DNA of 64,000 bases from Dudresnaya verticillata (GCA_977862235.1 OZ374558.1:3038001-3102000); one strand, 5' to 3'; positions 35,232 through 46,990 are shown, counted from the first letter of the stretch. The notes: a model not told the origin generated them from the letters alone. A program made the numbers and translations.

Positions 35232-36188
35232 TTAGCAATCGCTGCTATCATGCTTCCGCATATACAGCCCTTCACAACTAGACAGTTCATTGTTCAGGCT
35301 CCTCATGATGCACATCCTCACCTCCGGTTTCATTGCGCGGCTGTTGGACATGTAGAATTTTGTGCAAAGAAGTGTGTAGCGGTCCAGTTGATACGCGTTC
35401 TCTCCGCTCCTGTGCAGCGTTTCGACGATCGCGAAGTCTATAGCATGGGCTGCACCGTGCACGTACTTGCCCCTTCCCACGAGAAAGATTTTCTTCAGCA
35501 ACAACCTGTACAGCTTGTCCAAAGCTTCCTGATGGTGGGAATGCTCCATCATCGTCTTGTCTGCGTAAAATTGCTGTGATGATTCCCAAGCCATTTGGGC
35601 ACGATCCAGGTCATTGTGGTTGTCCAGAATGTCTTCGTCACTGCTAGGGCTTTGGTGCGTCCATTTTCGTGCCTCACGATTAAGATCTTCCTCCATCCGA
35701 CGTTTAACGGCGTTGTACAGCTTTTCCACATCCAGAATCAAGTCATCCATGGTCTCAATACAGCGGTATTCTGGTCACAGCAGATTATGGTGGTGAACGA
35801 ACACTTCGTTTCATCTCAGCTCTCTTTCCGAAATGGCCGAGGCCTTTACCTGCGACAGGATCACTGCGTGCCTGGGCAATACATGGTCCATCTTTCCACG
35901 AGCTGACGGGTGTCCATTTCATATGCGTTGGAGACAGCCCTGGGCGCACTCCGCTACGTAGTCGATCAATCACTTACTGCCAATATGCCGCAACGTTGCC
36001 AACAGCTGCAGCCGTACGGTACATGTGCCACACTCGCGACAGCCTTCCGTGACAGATTCTGTTTGGTGGACCAAATATAACCCCCGCGTTCATAGTACGG
36101 CACGTGGAAGCACTGGCGTTATTCGAGTAAATGGTGCCTGAACGACGTCGAATTCATGGGCCATGGCGGACGCAAGACGCAAAGACAT
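35232..36188 (-). pseudogene. Decayed cargo ORF of unknown function
   Basis: 172-aa ORF 35232-35750; the same frame extends to an ATG at 36188 through about five stops. Confidence 0.45.
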
Positions 36189-36258
36189 GTTCAGAATACG
36201 GATGCTCGAGAAATGTTCAATTCGGCCTATGACAATAGTACTGTACTGACTATAATTC

Positions 36259-39200
36259 CTACCCAATCTTCTTCATATTGTGCACGTCCCACGAGAACAA
36301 CAAGCCGTTTAGGCCCTTGAGATTGGCAGGAGGGTCCTCTACTCCCTTGAATATATACGGATACGAACTTAGCTCATACTCCGCCATGACCTTCAAACTG
36401 TAGACGACCACATGATGCTCCCCTGGTTTGGCAGATTCTGACAGATCGTGACCGTGCAAGCGTTCATTCCAGTTCCCTCCTGGAGTCTTTTCAGGATGCA
36501 ACACGGCCTCTCCCACTTCCTTATCATCTGCAAGAAGCGTGACTCTGTCTCCGGCCTTGGGCATTGCACAAGGTTCAGGTGTTTTCCTTCTCCTGCACTT
36601 TTCATTTTTCTCCACACTTCCTACAACTTTGTCTTCACTCCTGCCGTGCTTCTCGATAATCTCTTCGGGGTCATCCAATACGTGCTCGGACGGTGTCGTC
36701 AGATGGGACATTTCAGGTCCCTTCCTCGTTACGGAATGGTTTGTTGGTGGAGCAGAATCTGTTTTGACAACACTACCTCTTGCTGCCTCACCGATACCAT
36801 TCAGTTCGTCATGAGCACTTGATTCCAAACGTTTACGACCTGTCTTCATTTCATATGCTTCCGTGGCAAGCCTACGCAAACGTTCAGCCCCCAGCTTGAA
36901 TGTTTCGACCTGTGATTCGATTAGTGTACACCGACGATCTGTTCTGAGAGCTGCAATCCCAGTCGTCATGGTTCCGCTGTGCATATCCAGAACTGACCCG
37001 CCCTCCGGACAGAATGTTGTCATTATCTCCACAAGTACTTCGGGAGACTTCTCTTCGACCAGAACTGGGGACTTGGTGCCTGGGCGTAGCAACTTGTGTT
37101 TCGGTGTTGGTAGAGAGGACATGCACGCGAATTTCCGCTTTTCTGGGGAGGGGATGCAGTGATACTCGCTCCTGGGGTCGAGCGAGAACCCTCCGCCATG
37201 CTGACCTGGTGCACGCGCCATGACGGCTATTTCCACACAGTTCTGGGGCATATCGCTCCCCCGATGTTCCTGCATGGTCTTGGGGTCTTTGGAGAATACG
37301 AATGGGTATGCTGGGCACATGAATTGTGCCTTCTTCAGAGCATCGTGGAATACACTGAAGTTCAGGAATGGCGTGAAAACAAACAACCACCCCCCTGCTA
37401 CAAGTACGCGCCTCGAGAACTCAACTATCTTCTTAATGTCTTCCTCGCTGAGGTAATTATCGAATGACCTTCCCGACTTAGATTGCGATTTCGGTGTACC
37501 GTATGGTGGATCAGTGAGGATTAAATCGAATCGTTTGTCACCTTCCTTCCTTACGGTACTGTCGTAGCTCTGCCATGTCATCTGAAAGCATGTCAGTTTC
37601 ATTTCCGCAAGATAATCTATTGGAACAGAAAGCGATCCGTCCTCCACCGGCACAGCCTTAGTACCCATGTTGAGGCGAACAGACTGCTTTGATGAAACAG
37701 TTGATACAGTGGGGTCTGTGGGACTCTTTTCCGGTACAGAAAGGTCTTTGGCTGCACATGCAGCTTTAGGGTCTGCGTTCTGGACGGGTGCCTGTCCAGA
37801 TTCTGCTGGTTCGCGACCTTCTTCCCTTTTCGAATTGGTTGATGTTACTAAGTCTAAAACCTCTTCGTCGTTAGAGATTCCGGTAGCGTCCACCTGCGGT
37901 GACAACGTGCAGTCCAAATTCTGTTGACCGTCAGAATCTTTTGCTCCACATTCATTGGAACCCGGGCGGGTCATGACAGCGTCATCACGTCTGCCTTCTG
38001 TCGAATCCATCACAGTTTGCAGATCTTTGTACTTCTGCAACTTCACTGGGGCCTCTTCCGGACAACACTCTCTGTACATCTCAACTATTGTTTTCAATAG
38101 TGTACGGTCATTACCTCGATTCATGATGACCTCGACGTCCAGCTTCGTAGTGTGTAACAGGTTTTCTCTTAATGTACTCATGCCTGAAGGCCATTCTGTC
38201 CTCTCCCTCATCGCTTCAAACTTCCGAGTCTCGGAAAGGGCGGCTGAAGCTTTCACGAATTGCTCTTGCGTGTGTTTGGCCGAAACAGGTTTGAAATTGT
38301 GTGTCCTTGACACCTCTCGAAGCCTGTACAGGGTAGCTATTTGAACAGTAATGCCGTTGTCAGAGCTGCCTGCATTCATAAAGGCCTTGGAAGATTTGAT
38401 GGAACTGACGTGAATGAAGCGTCTGTATACTCTGCAATCCAGATTCTGCATCGCGACATTTGAGTCTATGGCCTTTCCGGAAGCAGTCAACAGTTGCATA
38501 GTTGCTAGTTCAGGGACCTCCTCCTTCATTATCTTCCCAATTACATCGATAACGCGACGGTCAAGACGAAGAACGGTTGCCGCCGTCTGTTTGATAGTGT
38601 TTTCCGATAGGTGACTGCATCCATCATATGCTTCGGCAACTGCCGTCGCCGTCGGAGTCTTCCCATTACTGGCTTCGAGACGGTCTGCCTCTTTCCTAAG
38701 ACCGCATATCTGATCGTAAAACGTGGTCTCTACAAAAAAGCTGGAGTCGTGCTTTCTGTTCTGATGACGAGCCAGTTGCTTCAGAATCTGGATGTTGTGC
38801 CCCCCTTTAAGCACAGTGGCGGTCAAAGCAAACCCCTTACATGTCTCCCGGTCTTCATCGATTAGCTCCATAATGGCGATAAGTCGATGCATGCCATCAA
38901 CAACTCCGAACCACTCCGACCGACTGGAGGCCTCTTCTTTCACCTGTTTCTCTGTGTACTCTGTCCCATCCGCATTCCGTTTAGCTCGGAGAAACTCAAA
39001 AATGAAACTCCTGAAGGGACCTGTTAGGCGAGCCAGTATGGGCGCATCAGAACCGGCAATGTACCCGTTGTTGTAGCTAGCGCTCCTCGTCCCACCACCC
39101 CTGAAAACCTTCTTGAGCCTCTCAACACCGGATCTCGAGATGTCCCTTATATCAGTCATCGGAACGCAGGACCTGGGGTCTATTCGAATGTTGGTAGACC

Positions 39201-39291
39201 CCTCCATGACATCTCCAAACAGTGCCTGTGCCATCTGCTCCTTCCTCAAGGGCTCACTTGACCCCCTGCTCCGCTTCTTGCGCTTCAACAT
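36259..39291 (-). CDS. ParB-like domain / beta-class N6-adenine or N4-cytosine DNA methyltransferase fusion (1010 aa, intact)
   Basis: VVDGMHRL ParB/Srx-type motif (38884-38898); FDLILTDPPYG motif IV (37501-37512) upstream of EKS...CPEGGSVLDMHSGTMTTGIAALRTDRRCTLIE (motifs X-I-II); N-terminal KRKKR NLS-like. Confidence 0.9.
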   Translation of the reverse strand: MLKRKKRSRGSSEPLRKEQMAQALFGDVMEGSTNIRIDPRSCVPMTDIRDISRSGVERLKKVFRGGGTRSASYNNGYIAGSDAPILARLTGPFRSFIFEFLRAKRNADGTEYTEKQVKEEASSRSEWFGVVDGMHRLIAIMELIDEDRETCKGFALTATVLKGGHNIQILKQLARHQNRKHDSSFFVETTFYDQICGLRKEADRLEASNGKTPTATAVAEAYDGCSHLSENTIKQTAATVLRLDRRVIDVIGKIMKEEVPELATMQLLTASGKAIDSNVAMQNLDCRVYRRFIHVSSIKSSKAFMNAGSSDNGITVQIATLYRLREVSRTHNFKPVSAKHTQEQFVKASAALSETRKFEAMRERTEWPSGMSTLRENLLHTTKLDVEVIMNRGNDRTLLKTIVEMYRECCPEEAPVKLQKYKDLQTVMDSTEGRRDDAVMTRPGSNECGAKDSDGQQNLDCTLSPQVDATGISNDEEVLDLVTSTNSKREEGREPAESGQAPVQNADPKAACAAKDLSVPEKSPTDPTVSTVSSKQSVRLNMGTKAVPVEDGSLSVPIDYLAEMKLTCFQMTWQSYDSTVRKEGDKRFDLILTDPPYGTPKSQSKSGRSFDNYLSEEDIKKIVEFSRRVLVAGGWLFVFTPFLNFSVFHDALKKAQFMCPAYPFVFSKDPKTMQEHRGSDMPQNCVEIAVMARAPGQHGGGFSLDPRSEYHCIPSPEKRKFACMSSLPTPKHKLLRPGTKSPVLVEEKSPEVLVEIMTTFCPEGGSVLDMHSGTMTTGIAALRTDRRCTLIESQVETFKLGAERLRRLATEAYEMKTGRKRLESSAHDELNGIGEAARGSVVKTDSAPPTNHSVTRKGPEMSHLTTPSEHVLDDPEEIIEKHGRSEDKVVGSVEKNEKCRRRKTPEPCAMPKAGDRVTLLADDKEVGEAVLHPEKTPGGNWNERLHGHDLSESAKPGEHHVVVYSLKVMAEYELSSYPYIFKGVEDPPANLKGLNGLLFSWDVHNMKKIG

Positions 39292-40261
39292 GTTGTGCGA
39301 GAGAAAGACTCACTGTGCACGTGAAAACCGCTCTCCTTGAAAGAGTACGGAAAGGGGTACTGCATGTCCGACGAGTTGTCCAGATTCTGTTCAGAAAACC
39401 TTCCGCAAGAAGTTCTTTACGTCCCCGGCTCATGTTTGCAGGGTGCCGTTTTCGACTGACACCATACAGGCTTTCGACACGCTGGACGGCGGGAGTTCGA
39501 CATGGATGTGCCGCAAATTCCGAGATGGCACGGGAGGTCACGTGGATTGTTCACCGGGTGTGGGCATTCTCCATCAGAACTATTCTTAGCACAGGCCGTA
39601 CAGTTGGAATTGGTAGAATGCAGGTTTCACCGGACCTGCAGGGCGAGATGTAACAAAGTCAATTAGGGCATGCTGCTCGCTGTCCCAGCCGACTTGGCCG
39701 GGCTTTGAAGTTGAGGCCGGCCTGGCCAGGTGCTGATACTGCGAGTAAAATAGCATGCCACACACGGTGTCGGTGAGTACTGGCATACCGTTGCCAGCGG
39801 CGTGCCAGCGGGGGGCGCGGCGGTCAATTTACGAGGAACAGGTTCTCGGGGGTGGGAGGTGTCAACACCTGTGGGTGCAATATCAGTATCAGGGAACAGG
39901 TGGGGCGAGAGCGCCGGGCCAAATAGCTGTTCTTTTGATGTGGCAAAATGCGCGCTGAAAAACCTGTATAGATTTTCTGTCCAATGATATTGAATAAGCT
40001 TTTAAAAGGGTCTTTCCATTGGTCCGCCGTCAACACCTTTACAGCTTCTGAATGCGGCCAAGTCACATTGCTATGAGAACAGATATTGCGCTTCAAGGCA
40101 ACGCAGGAGCCCAAAGTGCAATATCAGTATCGGGGAACAGGTCCTGAGAGCCAGCAAACTCCACAATCTATCTGGGCTCGGCGCTGCTCCCGCTCCTGCT
40201 GCTGCTCATCTTACCGTTCCGCACGCAAAACAACCTGCACCCGTCGCACCTGTGCCTCGTT

Positions 40262-40700
40262 CATCCGCAGTCCGCGCTGCGCCTCGTCCGCCGCGCCGCC
40301 GACACCCCCACGTACCTCGCCGTGGCATCCGCCCGCCTGCAAGTTCCGCTCGACCACTTGCGCCGCTTCGCCGCCGAAACAATCCCCGCCAACGCCCGCG
40401 TCGACACGCAGCTCCACCCTCCATTCGCCGTCGAGGTCGTCGCGCTGCACCACCCGCTGCACTTCGCCTCCCTCGCGCGCGTGGACCACTGCCAAGCCGC
40501 CGTGCAAGCGCTAAACGCCTTCCTGCACGAGTCCCGCGCAGACTCGCGCAACCCACTGCCGCACACGCCCGCCTCGCTCTTCGACCACGCCCCGGTCGAC
40601 GCGTGCCAGCCTGACCTTGCGCCCGTGTCGACCACCGCCGCCGCAGACCTGGCCGCGCAGGTCACCATGGTGATCCGCATCCGCGATGTGCACCACAACA
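40262..40700 (+). other. GC-rich, coding-like segment inside the transposon, possibly a captured host gene fragment
   Basis: Abrupt GC rise with GC-ending codons in the frame of ORF 40322-40993; product not recognised. Confidence 0.4.
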
Positions 40701-42324
40701 CCCCTCCCCACCGCCCGCCCCTTCGCTATGTCCCACTCCGCGGAGCCACACTTTCGCCTGTCCGTCGTCCGCCGCAACCGCTTCCCGGCCTCCTGGATGC
40801 TCATCGTCATCGCAGACTTTTCCTGGTGGGTCGTGCTGTACGCTATCACCAAGCACGTCGCGCCAGGCCGATATGGCCTACCTCAAAAACTTGCCGTATG
40901 TGTTTGCGTGCTCGCTGGACTCGAACGGCGGCTGACGCTTCACGCTTGGCCTTGAAACAGGAGGCGAGCAATTTACTCCCATTGATGGCATGAATGAGGG
41001 CGAGGCGCTGTATGTCGCCCATGTCCTGCGCGAACAGTTTCCGCAATGCTGTGGCATAGTATAGAAAGTGCCGCAAATGATGGTGCAGGCAGCCTGCTAG
41101 GAACGCAAGGTCAACTACGAAAAGGAGAGCGTGTATTGTCTTGCAGAGGGAGTCAAGGCCGTTCTGATTTCCGTGGTTCGGCTTGGAAGGATCGAATTGT
41201 GGTTGTTGTCGGCACCACGTTACCTTACCTTTCTTTGAACAGTTTTCCCCAACGCACCAGCTTCGTCCCGTGTCACGTTCCATCCTCTTCGCAGGATGCG
41301 GTAGTGCTGTTGACTCTTTTTATTGTTTAGTAGGCGTATAATTGGATGTTGACGTCGCTCGGTCAGAGTTTAGGAAGCACAGAATCTGTTACATTCGCCA
41401 TCCATTCCAAACCAACACAACAAACCATCAGCTGTAGCAGGCGGTGGGTTAGTCTCACGTGTTCACCTGTTGTGCCATCCTTCACCTGCAATTAATTCCC
41501 GCTGTCCAGCCCTCTTTCTTCTACCTGTTTTCTCTAGAGGTGAAGATAACTCTTTGACAGAGCAACAAATTCACCAATCTATAGATAAATATGGTAACCA
41601 CGTTTGTGGAATGGTGCGCTGCTTCATTTAGATTGTGGTATTGCCTACTTTTGTTCCAACGTGATGCTACTCAGGCAACGACTGAATAAAAACAAACAAC
41701 ACTGCGCTCGAGTTCAGTTTCTTCGCCTTATGACAGCGCAGCGCTTCGAGCTGGTTAAAAGCTGGACGTGATGCTTTGCCGTTAATAGTTTGAATACAGT
41801 CTGTAGAAAACGATAAAAGCTGCATCACTGCCGTGAGCGGATATCCACATTCAGATTCCCCATCAGAAATGCCGTATTGTCGAATCTGCTTCAAAGTCTC
41901 AACTCATCTGTTCCTATTCTCTCTCGCGTTCACAGATATTCTTCACGAGAGGTGAGGTCACTTGTTTGTTAATGTCTGACCACATCAGTACGACTTTCTG
42001 CCTTCTGCTGTTGCGACTATTGTCACCACTTAAGCCTCGCTGAGCGGCCCCACACATATCCATTATCGTGATCGTACCGAAAGTCAAGGGATGCCACTTG
42101 CTTCGCTATCAATATTTAGCAAGTAATCGCTGTCGACTTGCCCTGTCTCCACACTCTTGATACTTGTTACGCCTAGCGCTCTCGCCCCGTTCGGGAGTAT
42201 TCCCTCCAATGGCAGCCTGTCGGAGAGCCGCTTGCCAACAGCGGCAAAGTCCCTGACGCGATCACAGCTAGCGTGCATCGACTTGGTCAAGCTGTACCGA
42301 GGCACAACTGCCGGTCTGAAAATG

Positions 42325-42460
42325 AATGCGCACTTCAAATGTGTCCGTTGCAACAAAAAACTTCGTGTTCGGGGGTTCCTTGATGATCAGGTTCAGTTGC
42401 TTGCTGAAGTTTCCGACGCCACTCTACTGGCGCCACATATCCATCGTCTTTGTCCTGAGC
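42325..42460 (-). pseudogene. Possible captured fragment of a fucosyltransferase-like (GT-B) gene
   Basis: Manual translation TMDMWRQ*SGVGNFSKQLNLIIKEPPNTKFFVATDTFEV; FFVATD resembles the GDP-fucose-binding motif of fucosyltransferases. Confidence 0.35.
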
Positions 42461-43050
42461 CCTGTCGTCTGCTTCGCCGATCCCGAAACCCTCATGCTAC
42501 TGCAGTACCTTAAGGAATTGAGACAACTGGAGCAGCAGCATTGCCATTCGTGCTGTGCGGCGACTTCCTTGGAAGCGTGTGAAAACGATATCAACTCGTG
42601 CTGTCGGCGCACTGCAGCCGCCAGGTCACCCCAGGTTGACCGTCAGCTGTGTGTGTCCGCCTCCCAGAAGCTGCAGCTTGTGTGGCTCCGCAGGCGTGCG
42701 GAGAGTTGTCCTGAAATGTAATTGGCCAAGTGCAGGACCAGAATCTGATCACAAACAGAATCTGGGTCGCAGAATAACCCAGATGCACCCCATGCAGCCA
42801 CTCGTGCCGCTCCATGGGTGTGCAGCGTCAAGAGCAGGCAACAGGCGGCGCGCCGCGGTATCACAGAGGGTATTTAATGCGCAAGCGTTTTGCTGCGAAG
42901 GGCTGCGCCTCCCCGCCAGGTCGGCCAGGTGCCTTAACAGGCTGCAAAGCGGGCGCACGAGCGCAAGCAGATCTGCTTAGAGCGTGAAGGGAAGACAGAA
43001 GGAGTGGCACTCTCATAAGCTGTGTGCAGTTGTAGTCGCGGAACGGCATT

Positions 43051-46010
43051 TTGAAAGACATGGAAATGAGCCCGTCAAGTACGGATTTCGCTGAGCGACA
43101 AAATGAAACAAAGAAAGGAGGAGGAAACGCGCGCGACGAAGGGCGTGTTGCTCTTCTGTATGACAGGGAAATGGTCGGCACTGCTATTGTCAAGAGACCG
43201 GGGACAAAAGAGGACGCAGACCAGTCTGGCAGGTATTGTGTCACCCTGCATGGCCACAAATTGTCTCCCAGACAGAAAAAAGGGGAGAAGCTGGTTGTGG
43301 TTTACCGAGCACAAATCATGCAACCGTATGAGAAACTTCAGTACAAATACAAGTACAAGACAACGGACCCAGTTCCGCACACACTTGGGGAGATGGGTGG
43401 GGGTTTTCATGCATGGGATGTGAACTACATTCAGGAGCTCGGCAATCGAGAAATCGCGCCGTTGTGCCAGAGACGGTTGTACTCTTCACGACAGGGTATA
43501 GTTCGTCGCAGAATTTACCCAATACTGAGCAATTGCCCCCCGACGTCAACTGCAGAACACAATGCCGCAGCGGTGGCCCCTACCGCATCGCCCCAGCAGA
43601 TGACAGCAGTAGAAACGACAAGGCCAGCATCACCCCTCCAACAAAGTGCGGGGCTGCAAGCGGATGCCGCAGCGCGGTCAATTCCAACAACACCCCCGCC
43701 TGGCAATGCTCCGAGCAGTGAGGAATTGAGTGAACCGCGAGAGCATATGAGGGAGGCCAGCCCTGATGATGCGGACACCGTACGACTCGTGTCGGAAAGT
43801 GATGACGATGCGTATGAACCTCTTCAGAAGGTGCGGGTCAGGACGAAGCGAAAGTATACTTACAGGAAGAGAAAGCCGCAGACATTCAGTGGGAGAGGAA
43901 GTCTTCAGAAGAGACGTAGGCACCTGTTCAAAGACCTGGAACGCGCAAACACGCAGTCAATGAGATGCTGCATCGGGAACAAATGCTTCCAAAGTGTGGA
44001 GCAAGTGTACTTAAAGGCGGAGGCGCGCAGAATTGCCGGAATGAACGTAGAAGCAAGGCGAACGTATCTTCGCAATCTGTTGGACACGACAAAGATGAAA
44101 TACTTTTTCAACCGCCAGCCTGTCTGTTACAACTTTCTGGAGCAGGCATTTGGATTCTCCCGTGACTTACAGCCCTCTGTAAAAGGCACGAGGCAGTCCC
44201 GGAAGCTGCAGCTCCCAAACAATGCGAGGCGTGATACCTCATCCCAACAGCAGGATACTATCATTTGCTTCCTTGACCGTCTTGCAGACAGCACTGCTGA
44301 ACCAATGCCCGACAGTGGGGAGTCACACCTCCCCTACTTTCAGAAATCAGTTGTGTATGACATCTTCAAATTGGACCACACCAGGCTGTACAGAAACAGG
44401 GAAATTCCGTGTCAGAGTTACTTTTACTTTGTATGGAAACACAGTTGCTCCCGCATTAAGGTGCGAAAGACCACCGATTTGCAAAGTGCAGCGAATGCGA
44501 ACTCATTCGCGAGCGACTTGCTCAGGCAGGGACCTCTGGAGCAGGCACTGAACACCTGCATGAGCGGCGCAACATTCACTTGAAATTCATACAGGCAGAG
44601 AGACGTGAATATCAGAAAAAATGTGAGAAGGCGATACTATTGCCGCAAGAGTATTGCTCCCTCATAGTGGATGGTGCTGATCAGTCCGCATTTGGACTTC
44701 CCCATTTTGTGGTGTCGTCCAAAGCCAGCATTGGGCATGCCATGAAAGCGAAGCTTATTGGGGTGCTTGAACACAGGGCTGAGAAGCGTCTGCATTTGTA
44801 CACAATGACCGGTGAGTTCGAGACCGGCGCGAACCACATTATCGAGGCGTTGCACAGAACACTTTCGGACAAACAGTCCAGAGGAGAGCTACAAGGGACT
44901 TTATTTCTACAAGTAGACAACTGTTCGAGAGAGAACAAAAATACCTTTTTGTTCTCATACCTGGAGAGTCTCGTTGCATGGGGTGTGTTCCAAGAGGTCT
45001 TCGTGTCTTTCCTGCCCGTCGGGGACACTCACACAGATATAGATCAGGCCTTTTCGTGCACGGCACGCCGGCTTAAAGTTCGGGACGCAGTCACAATGAC
45101 TGAATTGATGGAAGAGCTTCGGCAGTCGTACAGTCCAGAACCAGTTGTCAGTCGCATGCTTCAAATTGCGAATTTCTCAGGCCTGTGTCGACAGGAAGGA
45201 TGCATTGGTAATGTTGAGGCATTCAGGACCTATCGCTATTTCAGATTCCACCGTGTGGGTCCAGCTGCGACGGAAGAGGCAGAATCTGTTGCAGCTTTTG
45301 TGACAGGCTGTCAATTGAGAATGACATGCGCGGATGACTGGGTTCCGTTGCAGACAGGAGGAGAGCATAAGGGGTTCATACTATCCCCTCCTGACCTTGG
45401 CAAGGCTCCAGCAACAGTGGTCAAATCGCCGCCAGATTTGAAGGAAGTCAACGACAGGTTTCGTTCTGAAGAGACACGTGTGAATGAAACGGGAAAGATG
45501 AGGGAGCTGCAGGAATTGCGTGACCACGTGTACAGAGATAGGCTGGAAACGTTTCATTGGGATATGGGAAGCATATTTGAGACAAGGGGAAAGTACAGCG
45601 GAAGAGCGGCGCTGGAGTACGTACCGGAAGGGGATGACGGTGAGGAGGAGACTGTGACCCCCTCTTCAGACCTGCAGTACACGAAGAACTACTTTGTTGC
45701 CGTTGTGAGGGAGAACGCCACCGCACGATGCCCATTTTGGGTTGGACAGATTCTAGATGTTGTGCAGGACGCTACGGGAAAGGCTACTGAGCTGTATATA
45801 AGATGGTACGAGGCGTATGACGGAAAGGGTGCTTGGGACGGAAAGTACAAGGCATCCATATACTCAGCGACTAAGCAGCCATGGACTGGTACTGTCGGCG
45901 TCGCGACCGTAATGGTCGAATTCGAAGCTCTTACGAAGAGACGTCTACCGCAGCTCGTCCAGAAGAGAATCAGAGAATCGCCGTTGTTAGTTAGGTATGC
46001 CGGCTCTTGA
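43051..46010 (+). pseudogene. Sola-like DDE/D transposase (~980 aa; one frameshift near 44473)
   Basis: RFAKCSEC after frame correction; LIVDGADQ, LQVDNCSRENKN and FLPVGDTHTDIDQAFS match the DNCxx(Q/E)NKN and GH(S/T)xxxxD pattern of Sola-type transposases, with GH changed to GD. Confidence 0.8.
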
Positions 46011-46080
46011 TACGAGAAACAGCTACAACCAGTAAATTCTACTCTCAGGTTGATGCAGCACACGAGAAATGCAAGGCCAT

Positions 46081-46990
46081 TCGACGCCTGTAGCGCCCGT
46101 CTACGCCACAAGTTAAGTCCGAACCGCGGGTGCGCAAGCGGCTTAGCTACCTGGTAGTGGTACCAGGTCGGGCGGGTAATGGGCCCAGTTGTGAGGACGG
46201 GTCAGAATGCGGGTGGCCGTGCCGCACGGGAGCGGGGTAGGGGTGAAGGAGGCGTGTCGGGGGACTGCTGCGAGGGGCTGACCGTGCGCCCGAATGCGGC
46301 AACTTGATGTGGACGTGTCAGAATGCGGCCGGGCGCGGTGCGCAGGAGCGTGGGGAAGGGTGACGGCGAGGTGTCGGTGAACGGCAGGGAGCGTGAGACA
46401 GAGTGCGGTCACAGGCCGGACTGGGGCGGGGAGCGGCACTACGGGTCTGGGAGTGGGTGGGGAAGCGCGCCTCATTACACGCAAGGCAGAAGCAGAGCGC
46501 GTGCGCACGCGCCAGAATGCGGAATGCGTGGGCCGGTAGCAGCACCAGGAAGGGTGATGGTGGGAGTGGCTGTCGGACGTGGGAAGCCAAGTCCGAGCGC
46601 GTCGGAATGCGGTGGGAAGCCAAGTCCGAGCGCGTCGGAATGCGGTGGGAAGCCAAGTCCGAGCGCGTCGGAATGCGGCGGGAAGTCGCCAGAATGCGGT
46701 GTGCGGTCGGGGGCGGGGGCGCGGGCGGCGGGACGGGCCAGAATCAATTTCTGGAGAATTTTTAATTGGAACTTTTTTGAAAAATCACAACTTTCGGGAA
46801 CTTTCGACCCCGGGGGGCCCATATGCCGGAGCGCATAACTCCGAAACTATTTGCGTTTGCTCCGATCTGTTTGCACCACTATTCTCAGGGTAGCGCCCCC
46901 TTTCCAACGCGCTATCGAACGGCGGGATTCGAGGACCCTCAAAAAATTCTGTTCTGTTTTGGAAATTCTGTAGCCGGCGAAATTAGTGTT
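46081..46990 (-). repeat. Right TIR (~0.9 kb)
   Basis: Inverted copy of the left TIR with fewer tandem units. Confidence 0.9.

Larger units (their letters stand above)
33833..46990. mobile_element. Large TIR DNA transposon (13,158 bp) with Sola-like transposase and methyltransferase cargo
   Basis: Termini AACACTAATTTCGCCGGCTACAG...CTGTAGCCGGCGAAATTAGTGTT, 4-bp TSD GTAA (33829-33832 and 46991-46994); the empty site is confirmed by Gypsy copy A. Confidence 0.95.

Noticed and set aside
36259..39291. Bacterial or phage contamination, or a restriction-modification system, as the source of the MTase
   Set aside because: The gene lies within TIRs and a TSD nested in a eukaryotic LTR element, has an NLS-like start and a decayed paralog nearby, and has no endonuclease partner or operon context
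46823..46990. N-terminal 56 aa of ORF 46823-48676
   Set aside because: Chance read-through from TIR sequence; the real N-terminus is at 32665
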